From an archaeon (GTDB lineage: Archaea; Nanobdellota; Nanobdellia; Woesearchaeales; UBA9642): a stretch of DNA of 64,000 nucleotides. Below the pieces are notes generated by a model. It did not search any database and had not been told where the DNA came from. It saw only the letters and a list, made by a program, of their open reading frames with translations. Where the stretch lies: assembly GCA_043806035.1 (NCBI GenBank), contig JAZDHK010000023.1, forward strand, positions 29,659 through 93,658. The letters are read 5' to 3'. Shown in pieces: positions 40,409 to 50,528 of the stretch (positions within the stretch are counted from its first letter, which is position 1; every line of letters starts with the position of its first letter). The position numbers and the translations under genes are program-made.

Positions 40409-42031
40409 ATGCGAGGGGGTGGCAGTATAGGACTACTAACCAAGCTCATCAAACACAGAGTGCTTGCAGGAACCATGGTGGGGGTGGGGACGCTTGCGTA
40501 TTATCAGGCAACGGGCCATGAGTTGCACAACACGTTCTTGCCGGCAGTCCCTTCTGAACTGTGGGCGTTCGGCAGGGGATTCATCAGCGTGTACGCGCCG
40601 CTCTTTCTCATGCGCCGCTTCAGGCCAAATGAGTTGAGGAACATGCTGAACAGCATCCCTCTTTTTTTAAAAGGGCTCACGCAAACAAAGCCCGAGCAGC
40701 GACTGACACAGCATCAGCGGTATGGCGCGTACGTGTGCACGTCACATCTTGCCATCAGCCAAGCAAATGCGGCATTGCGGGCAGGCTACCTGGACGAATC
40801 CATCCAGTACGTGCGGAAGTTCATCACACACGCGCACAAGTCCAAGCTTGAACGGGCAGTTAATGATCTCAATCCTGTCTGCCATGCTGCCGTTCTTCTC
40901 GAGAAGCCACTACAACCTATCATGTATCCTGAACGGCAGGACGACAAAGAACTCATTGATGCGCTGACGGTTATTCATCAGTGTTTGGAGGAAGACCTCT
41001 GGGGTTTGGCTGAACGCAGGACGAAAGCGTTGCTCAAGAAAGAGCTCTCGCTGTATTATCGGGCACATTGCACCGAATTGCTCGATGCGCTCAATCCTGC
41101 AGCAGCAACGGCGTCGTGGGAAGACCTTGCCCGGCGAGCCCGCGCTGCACCGCTGGAAAAACGTGTTTCTGGCGACGTTTGGGAGATAACGGAGAAAGGC
41201 ATGCGTGACGTGCTCAAGATACGGAAAGGGAATTTGAACGAGCTCGAGGAGACGCGTACGCTGTCAACGTATCTTACGAGCATCGCGGATAAGGAAACGG
41301 TGGTCATGCGACCTCTTGTCATCATCCAACAAGAAGACAAGGCCATGCTCGTCTATAAGCACCTTGACGGCATGCCTCTCACGTATGCTCCTCCAGAAGA
41401 GATTATGCGTGGGGCGAGGAGCCTCGCTACCATTCTTGCACGAGCAGAACATCCGTTGCTGCATGAGAAGCATGCAGAACACCAACGCATGAGCACGGCA
41501 TCCTATCCGCTTTTCACGCTTGCCAAACGCACAGCATTCCTGCCTGAAGAAGAACGAACAGCTCTTCTCGAAGCAGCGATATTCCTTGCAGAGCGCTATC
41601 CCTCACCCTCGGTGATGAAGCGCGACAGCAGGCGAGACAACATCCTTGCCGGAGAGAAGATTGCCCAGATCGACATCGTGAATGACGGCTATGCGCCGCT
41701 CGCGGACGAGCTTGCAAAATATTTCTATGAAGGTAGCAGCGTCGATGAGAAAACGTTGTCCGATGAAATTTTTTCGATATTCAACGAGAATGTGCAGGAG
41801 AAGATTGCTGATAAAGAATGTCTCCTTTCCAGCATCAGGGCATCAAGCCTGGGCAGGGCATTCTCCTTTTACGGGCATGCGCGCGACAAGCCGTACAAGC
41901 ACGGCCTGGCAAAACAGTTTCTCAGCAACGCGCATGATGCTCTCTCAAAAGTTGCACTCCAGCTTTTCGGCTCGGAAAAAGAACTTGTTGATGATGCGAC
42001 CGCTTTGCTTAGAAGGTATGGGCAGGAGTGA
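40409..42031 (+). CDS. Membrane-anchored protein with C-terminal phosphotransferase (kinase-like) domain
   Basis: Hydrophobic N-terminus; LKIR, LVYKHLDG, KRDSRRDNIL, AQID resemble APH/choline kinase motifs. Confidence 0.55.
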   Translation: MRGGGSIGLLTKLIKHRVLAGTMVGVGTLAYYQATGHELHNTFLPAVPSELWAFGRGFISVYAPLFLMRRFRPNELRNMLNSIPLFLKGLTQTKPEQRLTQHQRYGAYVCTSHLAISQANAALRAGYLDESIQYVRKFITHAHKSKLERAVNDLNPVCHAAVLLEKPLQPIMYPERQDDKELIDALTVIHQCLEEDLWGLAERRTKALLKKELSLYYRAHCTELLDALNPAAATASWEDLARRARAAPLEKRVSGDVWEITEKGMRDVLKIRKGNLNELEETRTLSTYLTSIADKETVVMRPLVIIQQEDKAMLVYKHLDGMPLTYAPPEEIMRGARSLATILARAEHPLLHEKHAEHQRMSTASYPLFTLAKRTAFLPEEERTALLEAAIFLAERYPSPSVMKRDSRRDNILAGEKIAQIDIVNDGYAPLADELAKYFYEGSSVDEKTLSDEIFSIFNENVQEKIADKECLLSSIRASSLGRAFSFYGHARDKPYKHGLAKQFLSNAHDALSKVALQLFGSEKELVDDATALLRRYGQE

Positions 42032-42034
42032 AAC

Positions 42035-42511
42035 ATGAGTTTGCCCTTTCATCCTAACAGGGACAATGAGCGCATCTCCTCAGAGAGGATAAATCAATTC
42101 TTGCATGCAGCGCAGTATTACGTGCCGAAAGCAAGATTGGTGCTGGATATTGGCTGCGGCCATGGCGATCTCGTGCACGCATCCAACGCTGCAGGCATAC
42201 GTATGTTGGGCGTTGACCTGCGCGATGTCTTCTTGTATGATAGGCAGTGGTTTGTTCACGCTGATGCTGCCTATTTACCGTTCAAGAGCAGAAGTGTGGA
42301 TGTCATCTGCGAACATTTCTTCATCGACGACATCATGATGCTCCAGGAAGACGCTCCCCGAAAGATCATTGCCGCACTTGCTGAGATGCAGCGTGTGTTG
42401 AAGAAAGGAGGAGCGGTCATCAGCAGTCCGCAATGGTACAATTTTGCTCCTGAGTTGGGTTGTCTACTAGTTTCTGATGCGTACACGTACAAGGTGTATA
42501 AGAAAAAATGA
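42035..42511 (+). CDS. Class I SAM-dependent methyltransferase
   Basis: VLDIGCGHG, ADAAYLPF, EMQRVLKKGG. Confidence 0.9.
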   Translation: MSLPFHPNRDNERISSERINQFLHAAQYYVPKARLVLDIGCGHGDLVHASNAAGIRMLGVDLRDVFLYDRQWFVHADAAYLPFKSRSVDVICEHFFIDDIMMLQEDAPRKIIAALAEMQRVLKKGGAVISSPQWYNFAPELGCLLVSDAYTYKVYKKK

Positions 42512-42614
42512 ATCGTGGCGGCAGGATGTTCTATTCTCATTTTATAACTATTGTTTGATGGTAAAAAAAGAAAGGTTTATAGTGCGGCTTTGTTTCTTTG
42601 GCTTAGGTGATAAC

Positions 42615-42962
42615 ATGAAGTATCTCGCGACAGGACTGGTCCTCACAGGAATTGCATTGTCGACAACAGGCTGTATATCCGGTGGGCTTGCAGACATTGC
42701 TTTTGGCATCGTCAAAATGAAGGCGAAAGAGACGCAAAGAACACTGGTTGTTGCGCAGTTGCTGGATGCGGGGAATGTGCAAGCGGCACGAGACTCACTC
42801 CACGCATATCTTACTGGTGATGCGAAAGAGTACGCTGAAGTGCAAAAAACTATTGTTGATAAACGTAGCAAAGGGCATTATGCGTCATTAGACAGCGCAC
42901 GTACTCTTGCGGACAGCATGGAAACGGCAATCAATACCTATCTTAATTGTACTATCAAGTAA
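42615..42962 (+). CDS. Hypothetical lipoprotein
   Basis: SD AGGTGA; lipobox-like TTGC. Confidence 0.65.
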   Translation: MKYLATGLVLTGIALSTTGCISGGLADIAFGIVKMKAKETQRTLVVAQLLDAGNVQAARDSLHAYLTGDAKEYAEVQKTIVDKRSKGHYASLDSARTLADSMETAINTYLNCTIK

Positions 42963-42996
42963 TATATTGTGTGTTGTTTACTGATTTCGTTTCTGC

Positions 42997-43752
42997 CTAT
43001 TTTCTTCCTAAGCTCCACAATAATTTAGCATAGATCTTAAATGAATTAGCGACTTCTTGGTTTTGTATGACAATGGAGAATGATTTTCCCTTGTTGATGC
43101 CGATAGTAACTGTGTCCGCATAAATTTCGAGCCAGGCATGGGTTATCATCCCTTCAGGCAAGTAACGGACCTCGCTAAGTGAATACGATGCAGATAGTTG
43201 TCCGTGCGCTTTTCTCGCATTTTCATTATAGAGATAGTTGCAGGTGATTCCTTTTGCATATCTACGCTTGTGATATTCTGCAAAATAGGGTGCTAGCCGA
43301 TCATACGCTGTTGTCGCTATGCCTATAATCCACATCTCGTCTCCTTTCTGCATGATCTGCAATGTTCGCTCTCTTGCCGTCTGAATGCCTTTCAGCCCGT
43401 CATAAATCTGAGCGGTCTCTCCCTTCGTACTTGATTGCTGGCGCAATTCCAACTCAGGAATGAGCACCTTGAGTTTTCCTTCCTGCTGTTTAAGACCGTC
43501 TTGTTTTTCCTGTAAGTAGATGAGCAGCCGTTGCGGGTCTGCTGTCCTGAAATATTTCGTCTTGTTCTTGATGATGTGCGAGACGAGTCCTTTTTTTGCC
43601 AGTCGCTCGAGAATCTCATACACTTTTGAGATGGACACATTGCTTTCTTCCGCTATTGGTCCTGATGTTGTTTCTCCCAGGCTGACTAATGCGATGTAGA
43701 CCTTGATTTCCCCTTCTGTTAACCCTAGCTCTCGTAATGGCTCGATGTCCAC
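42997..43752 (-). CDS. TrmB family transcriptional regulator
   Basis: LRELGLTEGEIKVYIAL, KVYEILERLAKKGLV, F...W tail. Confidence 0.92.
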   Translation of the reverse strand: MDIEPLRELGLTEGEIKVYIALVSLGETTSGPIAEESNVSISKVYEILERLAKKGLVSHIIKNKTKYFRTADPQRLLIYLQEKQDGLKQQEGKLKVLIPELELRQQSSTKGETAQIYDGLKGIQTARERTLQIMQKGDEMWIIGIATTAYDRLAPYFAEYHKRRYAKGITCNYLYNENARKAHGQLSASYSLSEVRYLPEGMITHAWLEIYADTVTIGINKGKSFSIVIQNQEVANSFKIYAKLLWSLGRK

Positions 43753-43819
43753 AATCCTACAAAGGGTGATTTGCTATATAATTCTTTTGATTTTATCCCC
43801 CTCTAGGGTAAATAGCTTA

Positions 43820-43838
43820 TCTTCCCCCAGGGGGAAGA
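43820..43838. promoter_or_regulatory. Perfect palindrome, candidate TrmB operator
   Basis: TCTTCCCCC-A-GGGGGAAGA abutting the TATTTAAG box in the divergent intergenic region. Confidence 0.6.
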
Positions 43839-43892
43839 AATATTTAAGTACTTTTAACACTATAAAATAGTAACAAAAAAGAGGTGAGCATT

Positions 43893-44345
43893 ATGAACAC
43901 ACACAAGACAGGAAAACCAACCATTACAAGGAAACTGGCGATAGGCCTTATAGGACTGCTCTGTGCAGCGACATTGTATGCAGGATGCAATGCATATGAA
44001 CAATCAAGAAAAGAACACGATCTGCATCTGCAGCAGCTCACGAGCACCAACTCTCAGCTTGAAGGTGAAGAGAGAAACCTGCAATCGTTTGCAAGAGAGA
44101 CACTCAGACGCGGGGACGTCATGTACAAGTATGCCAATGCGAGCCCGCGCACCTGGAAGGAATTAGAAGAGAATGACTCCACCTTCCAACGGCTTGCCGC
44201 AGAATACGACGGGGCAAGAATGGCAGAGCAGTGGCTGCGAAATTATGTGCGAGAAGACCGTGCAAAAAGAAACGAGCTATCGGTCGAGCTGACGGGAAAG
44301 AAATATGAGGACAGTCAATTCTCTACCAAATCTCAATCTGAGTAA
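43893..44345 (+). CDS. Hypothetical membrane-anchored coiled-coil protein
   Basis: SD GAGGTGA; one TM followed by helical heptads. Confidence 0.7.
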   Translation: MNTHKTGKPTITRKLAIGLIGLLCAATLYAGCNAYEQSRKEHDLHLQQLTSTNSQLEGEERNLQSFARETLRRGDVMYKYANASPRTWKELEENDSTFQRLAAEYDGARMAEQWLRNYVREDRAKRNELSVELTGKKYEDSQFSTKSQSE

Positions 44346-44377
44346 TCAGCATACAGGTATCGTCAATTTTTTTCAAT

Positions 44378-45244
44378 TTATTTTTGCTGCAGCATCATCG
44401 CCGATCCGTGCATCTCGTGCAGGTGCTCGCTGATCACGAGCAGCTCATGCGTTATGCTGTTTAGCGTTGGATACAGTTTCTTGTGCTCATCTCTTTTGAC
44501 GAGATAGCTTCTCAGATTTTCGTCGCTTTGCTTGAAGAACAGCGATTGTGTCTCTTGCAGAAGAGCGAGTGTGCTCGTGAAGTACTGCATCGTTTCTTTC
44601 GTGAGCGATTTGTGTTCTTTTTTGAAGTCGAGTGTGCAGATTCGGTGCAGCGCGTCACCTATCTTTTCGAGATCACGAACTACTACATACTCATATACGG
44701 AACGTGCATGCTTGTTGATGATGCGCTTGCAGAAGTCCGTGAGCTTGTTGATGGTATCTTCAAGCAGAGAGAGATCATTAAGACGTGCACACTCTTTCTG
44801 CTCAAGCGCGATTTTGCAGTCCTTCGCCAGATTGTTGATGATGTGCCACGTCCGTTCAAAGATGGCATCAAATGCCTCCTCTTTTTCCGAGGATATGTTC
44901 TTGATGACGCAGAGCTTCTCGCCTTGATAGACGATCTCGAATCCCATGAGTTTCTCGACCTTTTCCCGGATGCCTTGGAAGGCGAGGCTGCTGCTGTACT
45001 GCACGGTTATTTCGTCATAGCCTTGCTGGTAGAGGAAACTGATGGTTCTGCTATCGAATCCTTCATCAGCGGTGATGGTCGCTTGCTTGCTTTCTGCTTG
45101 TCCCTTGCCGCTGACGATGATCGTGTCCTTTTCTTCGCTCAGGAACAGATCCTGGCCTTTCTGGATGTGATATTTTTCGACGAACGCACGTGGAAGGCTG
45201 ACGAGCAATGTCTTGCCTGCGAGCTGGATTGCTTTTCTTTTCAC
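44378..45244 (-). CDS. AbrB-domain/PhoU-like regulator (paralogue of 7506..8420)
   Basis: KRKAIQLAGKTLLVSLP, GYDEI, DLEKIGD. Confidence 0.87.
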   Translation of the reverse strand: MKRKAIQLAGKTLLVSLPRAFVEKYHIQKGQDLFLSEEKDTIIVSGKGQAESKQATITADEGFDSRTISFLYQQGYDEITVQYSSSLAFQGIREKVEKLMGFEIVYQGEKLCVIKNISSEKEEAFDAIFERTWHIINNLAKDCKIALEQKECARLNDLSLLEDTINKLTDFCKRIINKHARSVYEYVVVRDLEKIGDALHRICTLDFKKEHKSLTKETMQYFTSTLALLQETQSLFFKQSDENLRSYLVKRDEHKKLYPTLNSITHELLVISEHLHEMHGSAMMLQQK

Positions 45245-45446
45245 GATGCTGCAAGAGTAGAATGAGTATTTAAATCTATTGAAAATATATACTTATTTAA
45301 AATTATAATAGTATATATCTGATTATATATTATATGAAAAAAATATATATCCTTCTTTTTCGGTAAAAATAGAAAATTAATGGTTGATTTGTTGGTTATC
45401 CGTCCTCAACGAAAATAAAATGTTTGAAAACAAGAAGGTGAGATGA

Positions 45447-45944
45447 ATGGATATGAAGGACATACAGTTCATTGCCGAACTGAGAAAGAACGCCAGAAAG
45501 AGCCTGACGACAATCAGCAGGAAAACACAAATACCTATATCGACACTGTTCGACAGACTCAAGCACCACGAGAAGAGCTTCATCATCAAGCACACGACAT
45601 TGCTTGACTTCAACAAGCTCGGCTACGGCTGCGTGGCGATGGTCGTGCTGAAAGTAGACAAGGAACACAGGGATGCAATGAGAAAAGCATTGCTCGCGCA
45701 TGACAGCGTCAACAGTGTCTACAGGATCAACAACGGTTATGATTATCTGCTGGAAGCAGTCTTCCATAACGTCAAGGAACTCGAAGAATTCCTGGAAGAG
45801 CTGGAGAGCAAGTTTCTCATCGTCGAAAAAAAAACGTTCTACATCATCGAGCATCTTGCAAGAGAATTATTCATGAATGCGAGCTGGAAGACGGCAAAGG
45901 ACGATGCAAACGGGCAAGGCACGATTCAGTTACACACGATTTGA
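45447..45944 (+). CDS. Lrp/AsnC family regulator
   Basis: LRKNARKSLT.IS, LDFNKLGY, RINNGYDY. Confidence 0.9.
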   Translation: MDMKDIQFIAELRKNARKSLTTISRKTQIPISTLFDRLKHHEKSFIIKHTTLLDFNKLGYGCVAMVVLKVDKEHRDAMRKALLAHDSVNSVYRINNGYDYLLEAVFHNVKELEEFLEELESKFLIVEKKTFYIIEHLARELFMNASWKTAKDDANGQGTIQLHTI

Positions 45945-45986
45945 ATAAGGAATGATAAAATAACAGACGATACGGCGCTGTACCTA

Positions 45987-46886
45987 TCATTTTTTGTTAT
46001 CTATCTCGAAGAATGAGAACTTGACTTTCGGGAATTGCGCTTTCAGATCACGTTCTATCTGGTTCGTCTGCAGCACTATCTTTCTCACGTCTTTCTCTTC
46101 CTTCATCTTGACTTTCACGGCGACCATGATGTCCGGGCCATAATGCTGCGTTATCATATTGTAGACTTTGTCGACCTCTTTCCTGTTATTGATGAATTTC
46201 AGTATCTCATCCTGCTCCTTCGGCTCTGCGCTCTTGCCAATCAATAACTGTTTTACTTCATAGCCTACCGTGACTGCGACGCACACGAGCACGATGCCGA
46301 TGAAGAGGCTTCCAAGCGCGTCAAAGAGGGGATTGTCAGTGATGACTGTGGCAATGACTGCGAGCAATGCAAAAATCAGTCCTACCAGTGCTGCAACGTC
46401 TTCTGCCAACACAACGATTAACTCGGATTCCCTGCTTGTCACGAAGAATTTCCACAATGGTTCCTTCCGCTGCTTGATAACGCGCACTGCCCCTGCAAGC
46501 GAGAACGACTCTAAGACGATCGCGAGAACAAGCACGCCTATGGCGAAGGCAGCGTTCTTTATGTGCTCAGGATGCTGTATTTTGTGGATGCCCTCATAGA
46601 TGGAGAACATGCCACCTATGCTGAACAAGAGAATGGCGACGATGAACGCCCAAAAGTACGTCTCCCTACCATACCCCATCGGGTGCTCTGCCGTCGGCGC
46701 CTTTTTCGACTGCCGCAAGCCAAGGAACAGCAGCAACTGGTTGGCACAGTCCGCAAACGAATGTATTGCTTCGGCGAGCATTGCCCCTGACTTAGTTATT
46801 ACTGCCGCAACCGTCTTTGCAACAGCAATGCCTAGATTGGCCAGTAGTGCATACACGATGGCTGTTGACGATGAAGCGTTGCTCAT
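45987..46886 (-). CDS. Cation diffusion facilitator transporter
   Basis: AEAIHSFAD, HPMGYGRE.YFW, EDVAAL. Confidence 0.93.
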   Translation of the reverse strand: MSNASSSTAIVYALLANLGIAVAKTVAAVITKSGAMLAEAIHSFADCANQLLLFLGLRQSKKAPTAEHPMGYGRETYFWAFIVAILLFSIGGMFSIYEGIHKIQHPEHIKNAAFAIGVLVLAIVLESFSLAGAVRVIKQRKEPLWKFFVTSRESELIVVLAEDVAALVGLIFALLAVIATVITDNPLFDALGSLFIGIVLVCVAVTVGYEVKQLLIGKSAEPKEQDEILKFINNRKEVDKVYNMITQHYGPDIMVAVKVKMKEEKDVRKIVLQTNQIERDLKAQFPKVKFSFFEIDNKK

Positions 46887-47021
46887 GAGCGTATCTCTTG
46901 CAGTTCTCATATTTAAAAGTAATCCTGTGCGGACTGAAATGACAGGAAAAATTTTTGTCCCGAAGATAAACTGCACATGTGCTTCCTATGATTTTATAAA
47001 ACATGCTGCATTCCTCTTCGT

Positions 47022-47978
47022 ATGCATCGCATGCACGAGTTGGCAGCACTCTACAAAAAGCATCCTGGTTGTGCACGTGCATTTGTGCAGCACGAACAGC
47101 AGGGACTGGAACGCTGCCTCTCCTGGCAGCAGGACTTCTCCACGGCAGGGCTTGATCTGCTTTATACGAGTAAGCATTTGCACAAGCAACGCCTCTTGGC
47201 AAGCGCGATCGTGCACCTCCCCCCTGATGCAGTTCTTTCCACGCTCGGCAAGGATGCTTTGCTCTGGGGCTGGTTTGCTTTCGACGGAGACTGCACCCTG
47301 CCCTATAAGGAAAGGGACGTCTTGCGATGCGCAGATGTGCACGTTCATGCCTGGAGAAAGGCAGCCAATTCCTGGCACTTTATTTCGGGAATACAGAAGA
47401 ACTATTCAAGCTTGCTGGCAACGTATGCACTGTTAGATAGGGCACACAGCACAAACGTGCCATTGCAGCAACGACTCATTGCTGCTGCAAAGAAACCTTT
47501 TCCTATAGAACAGTATTCTCTGACGTGGCTGACAACGGAACACGATGCCGCTCTAGGCTATGCTGATTTTAATGACAAGGAGTACAACATCTACTTAGAT
47601 GCGCCTTTCGCGTTGACGTTGTGCAAGAAACAGCCCGTTGCTCTTGCAGGGCTCATGGCATACAGCAAAAATGTCTTGTTCATCAGGCAATTGCAGGGCC
47701 TCAACAAACTGCGTTATGACGATTTTGGCGGAGCAGACCGTGTGGAGCACAACTGGGCGCTCGAGCCGTTTGATTGGCGGTGTGCGCTCGTTACGTGCGT
47801 ACAGGACGTTGCGGCATCGCTCGGCTTCTCTCAAATAGGCATTTTGAGCGCGCATAACAACAAGTGGGTTCCTCATCAGCTGCCCTTCGAACGTGCCCTG
47901 AAGAACTATGATGCAACAGCGAAACGGCTGCACTTCAGGCAGCGCCGTGACGGGAACTGGTACAAGAAGATGGGATGA
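47022..47978 (+). CDS. Hypothetical protein, possibly VirK/YbjX (DUF535)-like
   Basis: LFIRQLQG, ASLGFSQIG, NYD...W pattern; weak resemblance. Confidence 0.45.
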   Translation: MHRMHELAALYKKHPGCARAFVQHEQQGLERCLSWQQDFSTAGLDLLYTSKHLHKQRLLASAIVHLPPDAVLSTLGKDALLWGWFAFDGDCTLPYKERDVLRCADVHVHAWRKAANSWHFISGIQKNYSSLLATYALLDRAHSTNVPLQQRLIAAAKKPFPIEQYSLTWLTTEHDAALGYADFNDKEYNIYLDAPFALTLCKKQPVALAGLMAYSKNVLFIRQLQGLNKLRYDDFGGADRVEHNWALEPFDWRCALVTCVQDVAASLGFSQIGILSAHNNKWVPHQLPFERALKNYDATAKRLHFRQRRDGNWYKKMG

Positions 47979-48103
47979 AGGATGTTGTTATTCTTTACGT
48001 GTGCTTTAAAAAATCATGGCGATACGTTTAAAAACTTGTAGTGCTTTCTCTTTTTTTAAGAGGTGATGCCTCGACATTTCTCGAGGAGTTTTGGGGGATA
48101 GGC

Positions 48104-48568
48104 ATGGCAAGAATTCATGAAGAGACTATACGCGGCATCACCACACGATACGTGCAGGCGCAGGATGGCATACGCATCTATCTGCTTCCTGGCATTCCCA
48201 CTGATGCGGGTGAGCTCTTTTCAGAAAAAAATTTTGATTTGGAATCTGCCCTGGCAGGATTTCCTGATGGCAAAAAAGAACGAGCACGAGCCATAGGAAA
48301 AAAATATGCGGGAAGACAATTGGATGCGTTGTCTGTTCTGCTCTATGCTGAAGAACAAGGAACATTTGATGAGTATGCAAGAACGTTGGAGTCAAAACAG
48401 GACTTCAGCAGCATTCATCCTGACTTGATGCTGGCCAGAACTGATGTTACCGCGTTCTTCTTGAGACTGTACGCTGATCTGGACATTGCGCCAGTTGCAG
48501 AGGCAGAACGGGCTGAACGGCAATTGAGCGAGTATGGTGTCGGTGTTGTTATTCATCCAAAAAGATAA
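48104..48568 (+). CDS. Hypothetical protein
   Basis: Fills the gap between genes; no family recognised. Confidence 0.55.
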   Translation: MARIHEETIRGITTRYVQAQDGIRIYLLPGIPTDAGELFSEKNFDLESALAGFPDGKKERARAIGKKYAGRQLDALSVLLYAEEQGTFDEYARTLESKQDFSSIHPDLMLARTDVTAFFLRLYADLDIAPVAEAERAERQLSEYGVGVVIHPKR

Positions 48569-48618
48569 GTTGAGGATATAAGGAAAGGTTTATAACGCTC
48601 TGTTCGAGGACAACTTGT

Positions 48619-49245
48619 ATGAATTGGGAATTGCTCAAGACAAACTGGGAAGAAGCATGGACGTTTCCACAGGGTGAGCAGCAGTTCAAAGAGCTCCTGA
48701 ATCTCTACGGGCAGCCGCAACGGCACTACCACACGCTCGAGCACATCGGCGAGATGCTGCTTGATTATGAGCGAGCAAAGCACCTCGTCCAGCATCCACA
48801 GGCACTACTGCTGGCCATCTTCTATCACGATAGCATCTACCGGCCGGGCAGCAAGGACAATGAGGAATGCTCAGCAGATTTAGCGTCCAACGTTCTGCGA
48901 GAGGCGCATGCGGAAGAACAACTGATCAGTAAGGTAGACTCGCTCATTCTGACGACGAAGAAACATCCTGTCGTCGTTTCAGGCGATGCCGCAATACTTT
49001 CTGATTTAGACATTGCTATTCTGGGAATGCCGCCGGATCGTTTTGGGGCATATGATTGTGCCATACGTGAAGAGTTTGCCTTTACCCCTTACGGCAAATA
49101 CGTCGGTGCCCGCATTGCTGTCTTGGAGGGATTCCTTGCGAGGCAACACATCTTCCACCTGCCACTGTTTAGGCAAGCGTATGAGGGTCAGGCACGAGCA
49201 AATGTGCATCGGCTGCTGGGCGAGCTGTATGTGCGTTCAGGATAG
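48619..49245 (+). CDS. HD-domain metal-dependent phosphohydrolase (COG4339-like)
   Basis: RHYHTLEH, FYHDSIY, DNEECSA, DLDIAILG. Confidence 0.88.
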   Translation: MNWELLKTNWEEAWTFPQGEQQFKELLNLYGQPQRHYHTLEHIGEMLLDYERAKHLVQHPQALLLAIFYHDSIYRPGSKDNEECSADLASNVLREAHAEEQLISKVDSLILTTKKHPVVVSGDAAILSDLDIAILGMPPDRFGAYDCAIREEFAFTPYGKYVGARIAVLEGFLARQHIFHLPLFRQAYEGQARANVHRLLGELYVRSG

Positions 49246-49292
49246 TCAGCACATTGCGCAACCCATATAAATCATGCGGGAGTCGCGCATTG

Positions 49293-50438
49293 ATGGCAGT
49301 GGAGAGGACGGCGTATCACAGCTGGTGTTTAGGAGCGTTATGCGAGGGCTGCAAGCGCTGTGTCAAAGGAGAGAAACTCGTCCTGTTCATAACAGGATTA
49401 TGTCCACAGAAGTGTTTCTACTGTCCTGTTGCCGAAAACAAATATGGCAGTGATGTCGTCTATGCGAATGAGTGGCAGATTAATAACCCCGATGACCCAC
49501 AAGAGTTGTTGGAAGAAGCAAGGCTCACGAGGGCGACAGGTGCAGGCATCACTGGAGGGGATCCTTTGGTTAAGACAGAACGCTGCTGTGCATACATTCG
49601 CCTGCTCAAGCAAACATTTGGAAAGAACTTCCACGTACACCTGTATACACCGCTCACCCTTGTGGATGAAGAACGGCTCAAGATGCTGTTCGATGCAGGT
49701 TTAGATGAGATCAGATTCCATCCTGATCTTGACGATGAGCGGCACTGGCATAAGCTGGAGCTCGCAAAAAAATTTTCATGGGCAGTGGGCGTTGAAATTC
49801 CCGCAATTCCCCATTATGGCGAGAAGACGAAAAAACTCATCGATTTCGTGCAGGGCAAGATAGACTTTTTTAATCTGAATGAGCTGGAACTGTCTGACAC
49901 GGCAGCGCCACACTACACACTGCAAGAACGAGGCTATATGCCCAAGGACAGCATAAGCTATGCCGTCAAGGACAGCGAGGACATGGCAAAGACAATGGCT
50001 GCATATGCGGAAAAAAAGGGCATTCCCGTCCATTGCTGCACAGCAAAGCTCAAGGACAGTGTGCAAGTCCGTCAGAGAATACTGAAGCGGCAGGCGAGCA
50101 CGGCATTGCCTTTTGATAAGAAGACTCCTGATGGACTGTTGTCGCGTGGCTGTGCATATCTTCCCGGCTTGGCTCCTGGTCTTGATTACAGGAAAAAACT
50201 CAAGACAGATATGATGGTGCAGATTGCAGAGCTTTACAGAAAGCGAGACCAGATTATAGAGCAGTTCAAGCTTGATCCTGCAGCCATTGTGCTTGACGAG
50301 AACAAGCCTCGCCTGCTCATGAGCCAGGGCATGGTGAAGCGGGAGAGAAAACGCCTGAAAAAGCTAGGCTTGTTTCCTGCTCTTGTCGAGGAATATCCTA
50401 CGAAAGATGCCGTAGAGATGGAAGTGGAGTTTCTCTGA
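49293..50438 (+). CDS. Uncharacterised archaeal radical SAM protein (COG2108-like)
   Basis: GC..C..G.KLVLFITGLCPQKCFYCP, GITGGDP, GLDEIRFHP. Confidence 0.88.
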   Translation: MAVERTAYHSWCLGALCEGCKRCVKGEKLVLFITGLCPQKCFYCPVAENKYGSDVVYANEWQINNPDDPQELLEEARLTRATGAGITGGDPLVKTERCCAYIRLLKQTFGKNFHVHLYTPLTLVDEERLKMLFDAGLDEIRFHPDLDDERHWHKLELAKKFSWAVGVEIPAIPHYGEKTKKLIDFVQGKIDFFNLNELELSDTAAPHYTLQERGYMPKDSISYAVKDSEDMAKTMAAYAEKKGIPVHCCTAKLKDSVQVRQRILKRQASTALPFDKKTPDGLLSRGCAYLPGLAPGLDYRKKLKTDMMVQIAELYRKRDQIIEQFKLDPAAIVLDENKPRLLMSQGMVKRERKRLKKLGLFPALVEEYPTKDAVEMEVEFL

Positions 50439-50528
50439 ATGTGTTCTTCGAGAAAGATATTTCCCCCTTGATATATTTACTATTTATTAGTGGTAAAGAT
50501 GGAAACATTTATAAGGGAGTTGGTGTTC

